Assembly: GCA_964035545.1 (NCBI GenBank)
Contig: OZ037767.1
Span: forward strand, 3,049,680-3,113,679
DNA: 64,000 nucleotides
Source: Bugula neritina
Lineage: Eukaryota; Animalia; Bryozoa
Reading direction: 5' to 3'
Both the position numbers and the translations under genes were made by a program. The notes under the pieces are model-generated. The model saw nothing but the letters and a program-made list of their open reading frames with translations. It ran no database searches and was not told where the DNA came from. Of the stretch, positions 38,996 through 51,500 are shown piece after piece. The stretch's first letter is position 1. Each line of letters starts with the position of its first letter.

Positions 38996-40253
38996 TCTGT
39001 AAATGGAAAGTTGTCTCCTCTCATATACTCCGGTGAGTGTGCGTTTGAGTTCCGTTACTTTTATCACTACCGTCAGATTATAATACTTTATAGTATACCT
39101 GTTTGCTCTAAATTATAGAGTTATAGTGTTATTTTCGCTTGCTGATAAGATAAACCCTTCAATAGTTGGTTTTAGAAATCCTAGTGCCTGCACTGCACTG
39201 TAGGGGGGGGGGGGGGGGGGGGTTGAGGGGATGTAAAGATGCTATACTATCCCAGTAACTAAACTAGATAGCAAAAAGTAAATGTTTAAGTCACTTAAAA
39301 GTATTGAATACTTTATCTTTTATGAATTTATATTTGTTTGGATTTCTTAACTATCTATGTATATGTGTGTATTTCTGTATTATGTTTGGTATCTTGTTTG
39401 ACAAGTTTCTTTTTGTTTCAATAATATATATTTTGAAAGCTATATAGTATTTGTACAAATACATTCACTAGAATTAATTGTAGTCTTCTAAGATATTTTA
39501 TGGCTTTAAAAATACATATTATATTTATATATAAATGCTTCTGATTGCAACACTACTGTTTGTCAGAACTAGAAACTCTCATAGTTTGATTTCATTTTCT
39601 CAACTGTGAACAGACTGTTTTTTGCGCCATCATTCATTAAACTAATGTTGATCTTTCAAACAAGTTAAATGTTCTATAGCTTTAATCTTGTGCTCTTCTC
39701 AGCCTACATGTTAATTGGAATGGATTCTAATTGGAGTTGCTTCTCTTGTAGGAGCATGATAAAGAGAGATAGCCTCAAATAGTTCCCAAAGATTTCTAAG
39801 GGATTTATGTTGCTGTGAATATATCCATATTGTTTAACATATATTATGTGTTGTGTATTTAATATTATAGATACAATAAAGATTGTACTACAATTCTAAT
39901 AAAATTCTTATTAATAGTAACTGAACTTTTGGTATGATTTTTTTATGCATCAGCTGGTATGAAAGTTTTGTTATCTTGAAAAAGCTATCCTTCTAAGATA
40001 TTTGGTAAGTTTCCTTTGCATAATATAATTCTTAACAAAGTTGAATGTTGGAATTTAAATAATGTGATAGGAGAATGTATAGAATGTCTTCTTTTGAAAA
40101 GTAGCCAACAGTCTAAATCACAACTGTGTGATTTTGGGTTTCGGTATTTTTTCGGTATAAGCTCTATTTTCGAAATTCCTTGAATATAAATTATGACAAA
40201 TAAAACAATAAGTATACTATAATACAGCAGAAGAAAAGTCAAACTAAATAGAA

Positions 40254-43200
40254 ATGGTAACTATTAGTACTATCTATATACTGGCTGACATACTCGTAGT
40301 GCAATACATGTGATCCACAGTGTTACTGTTGTCTGCTGATACCTCAACGTGTATGTTTGTAGCCTGAGTGCATATCTCTACATGTTGGACAAGCTGGGTG
40401 TCAGATTGGCAATGCATGCTGGGAACTCAACTGCTTGGAACAAGGCATTATGGCTGATGGTAGGTCAGCCTACAGAATGAGTGTGCTAAACCTTGTATAA
40501 TACAATTATTAATATTGTGTTAAACCTTATATACTACAATTATTGAAAGTTTTAGAAGCAAATTTTCAATTAATTATCGGTTGATATTACATAATGCTCA
40601 TTTTAGTTATGCCAACCAGACCATCTCCAACAAAGAATAAGGCCATGAAAGTGAAAAAAAGCCATGAGCATCTTTTTTGTTATATGATTTTAATGCAAAA
40701 ATAATGTTAATAGATTATTCACCTAAATTAATATTTTCAACAATTGAAATAATTAACCTGCATTGTTTGTTACATTATCGAATTGTCCAGCTGTTAGTTC
40801 TGTATATGCACTCTCATGGCTAAGGTGAATCACTTGGAATAATACGTCTACTTATCTAATTCTTTAGGCCAATCAGATGGGAGATCTAGCACTGAATATC
40901 TAAATACTTTCTTCTGTGAAACAGATGCTGGAAACTTTGTCCCTAGAAGTCTGTTTGTAGATTTGGAGCCTACAGTTGTAGGTGAGAGGCAACAACTCCC
41001 ACAGTTCACTCTAGCCACTAATGTTATATTATTGTAATGCTATTACCCAGTTATTTTGCTATTATTAGTATGATAAGTATTATAAAATTTTTGTGTGCAG
41101 ATCAAATTAGAACTGGCTCCTATAGAAGCCTATATAATCCAGAATACTTGGTGAGTACAAAAGAAGATGCGGCCAATAATTACGCCAGAGGGAAGTTTGC
41201 GTGTGGCGCAGAAGTGATGGGTTTATTAATGGACAGGATACATAAAATGGTGAGACTATTTGCTCAAATCAACAACTTTGAAAAATATATATATAAATTT
41301 AGCCTTGCTTTGCTCAAAAATTGAAGCAACTAAATATTACTCTATAAATTGGTTCTATACATCCTATATTTCATAAGACTCAAGATTTCACTGTCACTAT
41401 CCTATATTTTATAAAGGTTATAGCATGATTCAGTCTATCATTACGCAGGTGGAATTCCCCACCTACTAGTTCATATATTCCCCACCTGCTAGGTCATGTG
41501 TTTCCCATCTAATATAGGTTTTTATTCTCCATTTTAAATTGTATAACTTCAGGTGGAGCAGTGTGATGGTCTACAAGGATTTTTAATTCACAGAAGTTTT
41601 GGGGGCGGTACAGGAAGTGGCTTGACCTCTAACATCTGCGAAGCATTATCCTCTTCATACCCCAAGAAAACTAAACTAGAGTTTTCCATTTACCCAGCTC
41701 CTCAGGTGAACCACCTAGGGATAAAGGAGTTCTAAATAATATTATAATTAGTAATACTCTAAAATTTAAATGTGCTGAATTTATCGGTGGCCAGCACAAC
41801 TAGAGAGTTTATGGTAGTTTAGGCTAATCACGTTATGCCTCATGGCGGTCTTTTATTTGCAATCTTGCTTTATAAATGGCATAATATAAATAGTACAATC
41901 TATGCAGTGTTTTCACACGCATACAAACACACACATCACTTCAGCTGACATGCTGCTATGCTGCCGTGATACACAACATTGTTGCTGACTTTGCTAGATT
42001 TCATCTGCAGTCGTGGAGCCATACAACACGGTACTCGCCACTCACTCGTCTATCGACCATATTGACTGCAGCTTCCTGTTGGACAATGAAGCCATCTATG
42101 ACATCTGCAGTAAGTCACTCCGACAAGACAAGCCTACCTACGTCAACCTTAACAGAATTATTGGACAGGTAGGATTATTTGCGTGTAACTTACAGTTTGT
42201 TATATGTAACTTACTTAAACTTAAAGTATGTATGCTCATGTGACTAGGCAATAGTAAGTATACTCATGTGACTAGATAATAGTAAGTATACTCGTGTGAT
42301 CAGGCAATAGTAAATCTACTCGTGTTACTAGACAATAGTACATATACTCGTGTGACCAGACGATAGTAAGTATACTCGTGTGACAGGCAGGGCAATAGTA
42401 AGTGTGTTTGTCACTGTAGGTGGTGTCTAGTATAACAGCCTCACTGAGATTTGAAGGAGCCCTGAATGTAGACCTGATTGAGTTCCAGGTAAGGCAGCTA
42501 CCTGAATCCTTTACCTACCTGCCTATACTCTACCTGAATCCTCTACCTACCTGCCTATACTTCAGTTTTTTTCAAGATGTGACCAATTAAAGAATGGTTT
42601 CACAGTTAATTATTTCCTCATGAATTTTTTTAGGACTTATAGAGTCCATTGGTGTTCATTAAATATATATAAACTCATTTTTATGGAGTTGTATTTACAT
42701 ATAATAACCCTGCAGTGATTGGTATGCATATAAATGACAGTAATTTAAAAGTTCCTATTCTCTTCAGGTCTAAATTAATATAAAATACATATTTATTAGT
42801 TTTTATCTGTGCTACTATTAACTAGTTTGTAGTATTCTTGTATTTTAGACTAACCTTGTACCCTATCCCAGAATTCACTACCCGCTAACCAGCTATGCTC
42901 CACTACTCTCTCCGGAAAATGCTTTTCACGAAGATCTGTCTGTCTCGACAATAACGAGTTCAGTATTTGATGAGTCATCTCAACTCATCAAATGTAGTCC
43001 TAAGAATGGGAAATACATGTCCTGTGTATTACTTTACAGGTTAGTCGTAGATTCTATATCATTCTCTAGATTATACTTTTTATGTGTAGACACTCGGGTG
43101 TAGATCTGTTGATATATTTACTGAATGCTTTGATGCTGTTTTTATAAGCCAGAAAACTTCATCAGTTTGTCTATTAATTTTTATATCCTAATTTATTTTA

Positions 43201-44572
43201 CACACACGCCAAGTGCTTGCAGGCACTTGTAATGTGTGAAATGACGCCTTTTATAAATCTAATTCAGACGAAACCTTGTTTTATTCTTTCTTGATACACC
43301 TAGTTATATGCCAGATGTAATAGATTAATAGATATTACTTGTATAATATATTATATAAATAAGATATAATATTACATGTATATAATGTATATTGCCTGTT
43401 TATTATTTTGCATTAAAAACTACTAAGGCAATTATACAGATAATATTTTCTTGCATGCTCATTTTCCAGAGGTGATGTTACACCAAAAGATGTAAATAAA
43501 TCTATTAAGGAGATGAAATGCAGACGAACTATTGACTTTGTAGACTGGTGTCCCACAGGTAATGCCTGATTTTCCTGAATAGCTGGAAATTTATTACAAT
43601 AATTTTACAGATTGATGCATTTTGTTTGAACATATAATTTTAGATGTTGTTTATTGAATAAACCAAGCAAGAATTCATGCTGAGCATCAATTTAATTAGT
43701 AAATAATGTTTAGCAAAACTTGAAAAGTTTTGATTTATAGTAATTTTTTGCTAAACCAAAATATTTTTGCTCATCTTGTATTGTGAGTTGTCTTCTCTTG
43801 CAGATTTTTGTTGACTTTTTTATTTCATTTATTATGTTATTTCTAAATTTCGCTGTCCAATTTGACTGAAAGGTTGAAATAAATACTTACTGGTTATTCA
43901 TCAAGACTCTGTTTAATTATGTCTGCAATTTGCAAAGTAAAAGATAAATATCAATTATATTATTCTATCAATAGAATAATTACTTGGCATTTTTTTAATT
44001 TTAGAATAATGCACCATGATATTTGTTATTTATGCAGGATTCAAAGTAGGCATCAACTGGCAGTCTCCAGTCAGAGTTCCTGGCGCTGACATTGCGTACA
44101 CTCAACGGGCCGTTACACTTCTGGCTGCTTCAAGCGCTGTCGGAGAAGCGTGGTCTAAAATTAACACAAAATTTGACCTTCTTTACAGCAAGAAAGCGTT
44201 TGTACACTGGTCAGTCCCTATGAGTCATACTCTGTATAATAGTCAGTCTCAATGAGTCATACTTTACCACTAGTCAGTTACTGAGCAGATCTTGTGTGTA
44301 TTCCAGTCTGCAGCCATCTTCGTTACGGTCGACATTTTCTGATATAAAATATTTCAATATTTTGTTTTATTTCACCATAGTTAATCTTTGTTTCGTGTAT
44401 TTGCAGGTAATATTTTATTTCACCATAGTTAGTCTTTGTTTTATACATCTGTAGGTATTTGGCTGAAGGTTTAGAAGAAGCAGATTTTCTGGAATCTCGC
44501 CATAACCTGGCAGCGTTAGAGAAAGACTATGAAGAAGTAACTGTGCCAACTGCATCACTTGATCAGCTATGA
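40254..44572 (+). CDS. Highly divergent alpha-tubulin, 11 coding exons
   Basis: ATG|gt first exon, then [108 protein letters not shown]. The frame is continuous across GT-AG junctions; AATAAA at about 44604. Confidence 0.92.
42228..42410. repeat. About 28-bp minisatellite in an alpha-tubulin intron
   Basis: Unit ATACTCGTGTGACTAGGCAATAGTAAGT. Confidence 0.85.
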
Positions 44573-45506
44573 ACGTGTTGCTATCCTAGTTGTAATCATT
44601 TCGAATAAACAGATGTAACTACTATTTATAGTAGAATATTATTTATTTTTTCTCACAGCGTATGGCACAATGTTTCAATGGGCAACTTTGTTGCTGCTTA
44701 ATTTTGCTCTCTGTGTTAATAGTGAGCTAACTTGGTAGTAATGTTTTAATCTCATGCAATACAAATTTCTGCTTGACTTTAAAAACTGTTGTATTTTGCT
44801 TTTACAATACCATATTGTATTTTTGAAAGGTTGTATTTTATTTTACAGTTTTTGATTCCTTTTCAGGTGTAGCACTTGTTGTAATTTTTACGTAGATTTT
44901 CGCTTTTGATTCAAGTGCAGGCTGTAACTGGAAGAATCTAAAATACAATAAATAACTCTGTATGAAGTTTATTATTTTATTGCAAATTTCATTCATAATC
45001 ATGCAAACTGCATAAAAACCCATGCATAGTATGAGTACGTTTTCTAGGTAAATGTTTCCGCTGAACGTAGCAAAATACCACACCTTTATTTTTTATATAA
45101 ACACCAAAAACTCTAGACTGCCATGCATGAATCTGTTTCTTGAGCAAGAGGCTTTTTAACTAATTGTTTTTTATAACTAAAAATGTCATATTTTACTATA
45201 ATTGTCAATTGCTACACGAGCTTCTAAACATAATTTATTCAGAAACCTTTAGACTTGTGGCTGAACAAAGAAAATACAAAATTTTCACCACATTTTGATT
45301 GCATATTGCACATTTACTTGCATGTTGTAATTCATTTCTATTATAAACCAACAGTAATAATTTCGAGTTGTCTTTACATTGATCTTTGCAATAAGTATGT
45401 AACTTATTCTGATTGATTTCTTGGGTAGCTAATAAGCCAATGACTGTACAGTTCTAATTTGATATCTGGTCAGTGAGTCCAGTTATGTTAATTATTTTTT
45501 GCCAGG

Positions 45507-48500
45507 ATGGCTTCTTTTGAAGAGGAAAGTACAGTTTTAAAGGCAATATTTGGTGATACTTTAAATGGTAAGTTTGGGGATCTATGTGTTCACGTTGTGT
45601 TAAATTTGGTAGCATATAGTATAATGCAACTTTAGAACATTTTTTTATTTTACAATTACAATGATAATTTTGATTCTACCAAATCTGAATTAGCTATACA
45701 ATTAAATTTTAGTTTCACTTTTACAGTTTAGTTCTAGTTTGAGTTTTACTTTTGATACTTTACTATTGAAAAGTTAAAATCGGCATGAAATTCATTTTCA
45801 AATTGAGTAACATTAATACTATTAGTATTAATGTTAGATTTATTATGAAAATCAACTGTAGGCTAGCCCAGATTACGTAATATAAATTAAAATATTTTAT
45901 TTGTTGATAATTATAATAATAATATCAGAGACACAACATGAACAATGATAATAAGAGTATCATTAAGATTTAGATATTAATATCATTATGATTATGATTA
46001 ATAATATGATTATGAACATGGATATCAACATGTTATTTATTGATTGATTATGACTCACTTAGAGTTAGCAACTTGAACTTAAACTTCAAGTTTGAGTCAA
46101 TCACTTAAACTTATTCCTGGTCATCATGATGATGTTCATAGTCATATTCATATTCACATTGATCGTAACAATAATGGATAAAGCCAACATGCAATGGTAT
46201 TAATATTGAAATAAAGTGATTATTTATTACGATGATGTTTAGCGTCGTTTTGATGTTAACGTTGTTTTAGTTTCATCACTTACTCTTAGTAAAAATTAAA
46301 CATAAGCATAGCCAGGTAGAGTGAGCCTTGTGCTTATTCACAAGACTGTCACTACTAGGCCGACTTCTTGTATCTTAATTTAATAATAATATTAACATTG
46401 AAATTTCTAATTTATTCTTTGTCCATTGCTATTGCCTATTTTGATTCACTGTATTAAACATAGCAAGTATAACATGTATAATTGCTTTAAATGTTTCGAT
46501 TCCAGTTTAATGCTGTTTAATTCATGCGTAATTCATGCATAATAGTTTTTATGCATAATTTATTGTGGATATTCTAGTTCATTGCTTATAGCAAGTGGCA
46601 GTTGTATTAGGATATTAGCAATCGCTTACAATTTTTAACAAATTTTCTGTTACAATGTAATCTTGAAGAATCGTGGGCTGACGACCCTGAGTTTGTAAAG
46701 TATGTGTCAGAACTGACAAGCTATGGGGCAGACAGATTGTGTGAGTAGAAATTTTGTTTCTTTATCATAATCTTTGAAAGAGAAAAAAGCTTTTTTAGTG
46801 TGCAGCCGATGCTATTGAGATTTTTTATCATTTTAAAATATAACAAATCAGACCAGCGTCAGCAGTATTTTATCTGAAAATAGACTAAATATGTGTTGGA
46901 ATATAATTTTTTTGTATCTCATTTTAATTATATTGATTATTGAATGAATCTTCTTGGATTCAGCTAGAGAGACGGATCATTTGCTTGAGGAAAAGCGAAC
47001 CGTGGACAAACAGACGGAAGATTTGGCTTTCAATAACTATAAAACATTCATCCAGACAGCCAACTGTTCCAGAGACATATTCAAAGACGTACGTTCATCG
47101 TACTTACACTTGAGTGTTGACACTTACCCAGCAGTACATTTAGTAATTAAATAACTGTAACTTTTATTTAGCGGATTACTATTTCGATGAAATATAGATA
47201 CTGATCTACACATGAAATTTAAGTTAAATTTTTCATAAGGCACGGTTTTGCTTAAAGCATAGCTGGGATGCGTTGATTTTGTATTTTTATAAGCTAATTT
47301 ATAAATTAACGATTATCGAAAATGAAACTTCATGCGCAAGAAAATGTTTTGCGGGTTGTGTAGGTTCTATTTAATGTCTGTATGAAAACATATTTCGTTT
47401 ACAGTTTCAAATTATCGAGTCAAATCTCACCTCACTGCAAGAAAAACTTCCGGAATTTTCCTCAGAATGTCAGAGTTTTCTGGACACAGCCCATTCTATA
47501 ACTCAAAGGTATAGCATATGATTTGCTGAGTAAACAACTTTTAACATACCTCTATTTTACTGGTAGCATAACTCTCAGAGTAAACTACAGTTGGTAATAA
47601 TATTTTTTAATATTGAGGTTTTTCAGAAATCTATTGAGTTATTTGTTTCAACTGCACATAAATTTAAAACCCTTTGACTTTAATGAAACTCCTTTTTTAG
47701 TCGAAAGAGCAACACTTTGACGTTGCAGAAGCACACACAGCTGTTGGAGATACTGGAGGTGCCACAGTTGATGGACACGTGTGTTCGCAACAATTACTAC
47801 GAGGAAGCTTTGGAGTTGGCAGCTTATGTGAGGAGATTGGAGAAGAAGTATAGCAACATCAGTGTCATCACTGTTAGTATAGAGTATAGTCATCACTGTT
47901 AGTATATTATGTAGAGTATAGTCATCACTGTCAGTATATATACAATATAGTCATCACTGTCAGTGTATATACAATATAGTCATAACTGTCAGTATATCTA
48001 CGATATAGTCATCACTGTCAGTATATATATATACAATATAGTCATGGCTGTTAGTATATGTAGAGTATAGCAACATCAGTGTTTTTACTGCAAATAGTAC
48101 ATAATATATTTAAAATGCAATTATCATAACACTAATAGCTCTATGCATTTGATTTCAAAACCACATTTATTTCTTGCTTTGATTTAAAAAGAAGTTGAGA
48201 AACACTTTAAATGTAATATATCATTTTCATAATAAATTTGGTTTACCATTTAGTTTCCAATGATGCGTATGTGACTGTAACTATACAGCATGCTAGAACT
48301 AGTATTGTAGCTGTACAACATGGTGGAACTAGTATTGTAGCTGTACAACATGGTGGAACTAGTATTGTAGCTGTACAGCATGCTAGAACTAGTATTGTAG
48401 CTTTACAACATGGTGGAACTAGTATTGTAGCTGTACAGCATGCTAGAACTAGTATTGTAGCTGTACAACAGGGTGGAACTAGTATTGTAGCAGTGCACTA

Positions 48501-51500
48501 CGATTGATATTAGTTATAATTGATTAATTGCAGACGATTTGCGCTGAAGTGAAGCACTGCTCACAGCTCCTATTGGCTCAGCTCTTGCAACAACTAAGAT
48601 CTGACATTCAGCTACCTGCATGCTTGCGGGTCATAGGCTTCCTTCGCCACATGGATATATTCACGGAGGCAGAGCTTAGGTTAAAGTTCCTTCAGGTAAA
48701 TGTGTCATGTCGCAGTTTATTTTACCTGCCATTTCATTTCTGTCAGCTGGTGGGTTGCGTAATTAGCCTGCTGTCTTCTTATTCAGGCTAGAGATTGCTG
48801 GTTCCAAAGTGTGCTCTCTAACATTCCTAAATCTGATGGTAAGTTTTATAGTCTGTGCAGCTTGCCATTAGCTTAAGTTCCAACACTTGCTCTCAATAGA
48901 TATATTTCCTTTTTTCACAGGCTCAACTTCATCATTATAAATATACTAATTGCTGTCATTTCATCTCATACTCAGCTTATTCAGGTGGGATAGTTGGATG
49001 ATTGTAGAACTTTAATGGAACTAAGATTTTTGTAAGAAAGTGAAACTAAAGTAATGCTATTGTCAGTAGTGATACGTTAGCTTAGCTGATGAGTATACAT
49101 TCTAACTTGATGTCTAACTCTGCTCAGCCTACCAACACCTGACAAAGGTGATAGAGGTCAGCAGAGTCTACCTCTTTGACATCATCACTCAGTACCGCGC
49201 CATCTTCACTGACGAGGAGCCTTTGCTCAAACAGACAACATTCCGGGGCCCCAGAGAAGCTCAGTTACTACAGAGCTGGGTGCAGACTAAGGTGAGACCC
49301 AAGGCTATCTTTTCTTGAATATTTTTTCTGTAGTCTGAAGCATCTCATGCAGAAATACTGAAATAGTTGTCCCTGTTTTTGAGTTTACTTTTGTGGGTCG
49401 GGTGTCTATTTATATCCCTTCGCCTTGAGATTATTTTTCTATAATTTATAGGCTGCCTTTCCTGAATATGGATTTGAACTTTCACCTTTATTGTCTATCA
49501 ACTGGATTTCCTGTTTACATCTTACCAGTAGTTCTGGGCTCTAGCTTGTACTATACTTTTGTAGGTAGACCAGTTTCTGGTGACTCTACGCGAAGATCTG
49601 GCAGGTGGGGTCGGGTCCAGACTCGACTCCTTACTGGGCCAGTGCATGTACTTTGGGCTATCATTTAGCAGAGTGGGCTGTGATTTCAGAGGGCTGTTGG
49701 CACACATCTTCCAGGATGCTGCCTTGAAGCATTTTATAGCAATGACAGATGCTGCCAATGATAAGTGAGCATAACATTTTATTATGTGTTTTTAATATTA
49801 TCTTTATAAGCTGCTATTTTGCTAATTGGTTAATTTTATTTTATATTATACTTTAAATAAGCAGAAAAACAAGGTTATCTTTCACCAACATTTTATTACA
49901 GTTATTTCCCATGTAACCTCTGCTAACATAGTTTGTTATGTAACTTTTTGTTGGAATTGTTTAACCTTATGATATTATATATAATATAATATATATTGTA
50001 TAATATATATTATATAATATATGTTATATATAATATAATATATATTATACATAGTATAATATAATATATATTATGTATATTACATTATATATCTGAGACT
50101 ATTTTGTAATATTTGATATGTAATATATTAAATATTACTATTGGCTATACACCTCGCCATGTAATTTTGCAGATATGATAAGAACATGGAAACCTACACG
50201 TTGGTACTAAGATCCTCTCACCAGTCGTCTACTCTCTACCCTTCTATGGCTGTGAGTTTATCTACCACTTCATCAGTATTCTAGTATATTCTCATCAGTA
50301 TTCTAGTATATTCTCCTCAGTATTCTAGTATATTCTCATCAGTATTCTAGTATATTCTCATCAGTATTCTAGTATATTCTCATCAGTATTCTAGTATATT
50401 CTCATCAGTATTCTAATATATTCTCATCAGTATTCTAGTATATTCTCATCAGTATTCTAGTATATTCTCCTCAGTATTCCAGTATATTCTCATCAGTATT
50501 CTAGTATATTCTCATCAGTATTCTAGTATATTCTCATCAGTATTCTAGTATATTCTCATCAGTATTCTAATATATTCTCATCAGTATTCTAGTATATTCT
50601 CCTCAGTATTCTAGTATATTCTCCTCAGTATTCTAGTATATTCTCATCAGTATTCTAGTATATTCTCATCAGTATTTTCTCATCAGTATTCTAGTATATT
50701 CTCCTCAGTATTCTAGTATATTCTCCTCAGTATTCTAGTATATTCTCATCAGTATTCTAGTATATTCTCATCAGTATTCTAGTATATTCTCATCAGTATT
50801 CTAGTATATTCTCATCAGTATTCTAGTATATTCTCATTAGTATTCTAGTATATTCTCATCAGTATTCTAGTATATTCTCATCAGTATTCTAGTATATTCT
50901 CATCAGTATTCTAGTATATTCTCATCAGTATTCTATTATATTCTCATCAGTATTCTAATATATTTTCATCAGTATTCTAGTATATTCTTATTATTAGTCT
51001 CATATATTATCAACTCTAGTTATTATTAAGATCTACTTTCTTATATTCACTTGATACTCACACATCCTCTATAATCACAAAAATTACTTACACATGTATA
51101 TACATGGCATATATCTTGCAAACCATCATAAGTTGCATTTCCGAACATCTACAATCTATTTTTCATGTCACAGGTGGATATGCACAACCCCCCGACTACA
51201 CTCCTGCAGTTCACCCCTCTCGCCCTCTATTGCAATGACATCTTGACCGCTATCAATGACCTCCGAGTGTGTGCTCCCATTAACATTGCATCTGATGTGA
51301 CCAAACAGCTTCAGAGGTCTTTGAGAAGAGTTGCGGACACTATTACCAACTTTCACAGGTAACTCAAGAGACTAGTGAACTATTTGAATGGACATGGTTT
51401 ATTGTGTTACATGTAATGGCTATTGTGTAGAGGTAATAGAGGGTACTCTATGCTAAAGTATAGTGTTGTGTTGTGTGGCATGATGTAGTATAATATATTA

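Noticed and set aside
45495-45509. CAG|G-ATG acceptors right before the COG8 and ADAM start codons (possible trans-splicing sites)
   Set aside because: Ordinary 5'-UTR introns explain them equally well, and the sequence alone cannot show a spliced leader.
48238-48507. Repetitive ORF ([10 protein letters not shown])n
   Set aside because: A 30-bp intronic repeat; COG8 splices around it in frame.
49083-49125. CTGATGAG hammerhead-like core
   Set aside because: No downstream GAAA or supporting stems.
50270-50990. Regular array superficially like a CRISPR
   Set aside because: Head-to-tail 22-bp units without unique spacers, in a eukaryotic intron, with no cas genes.
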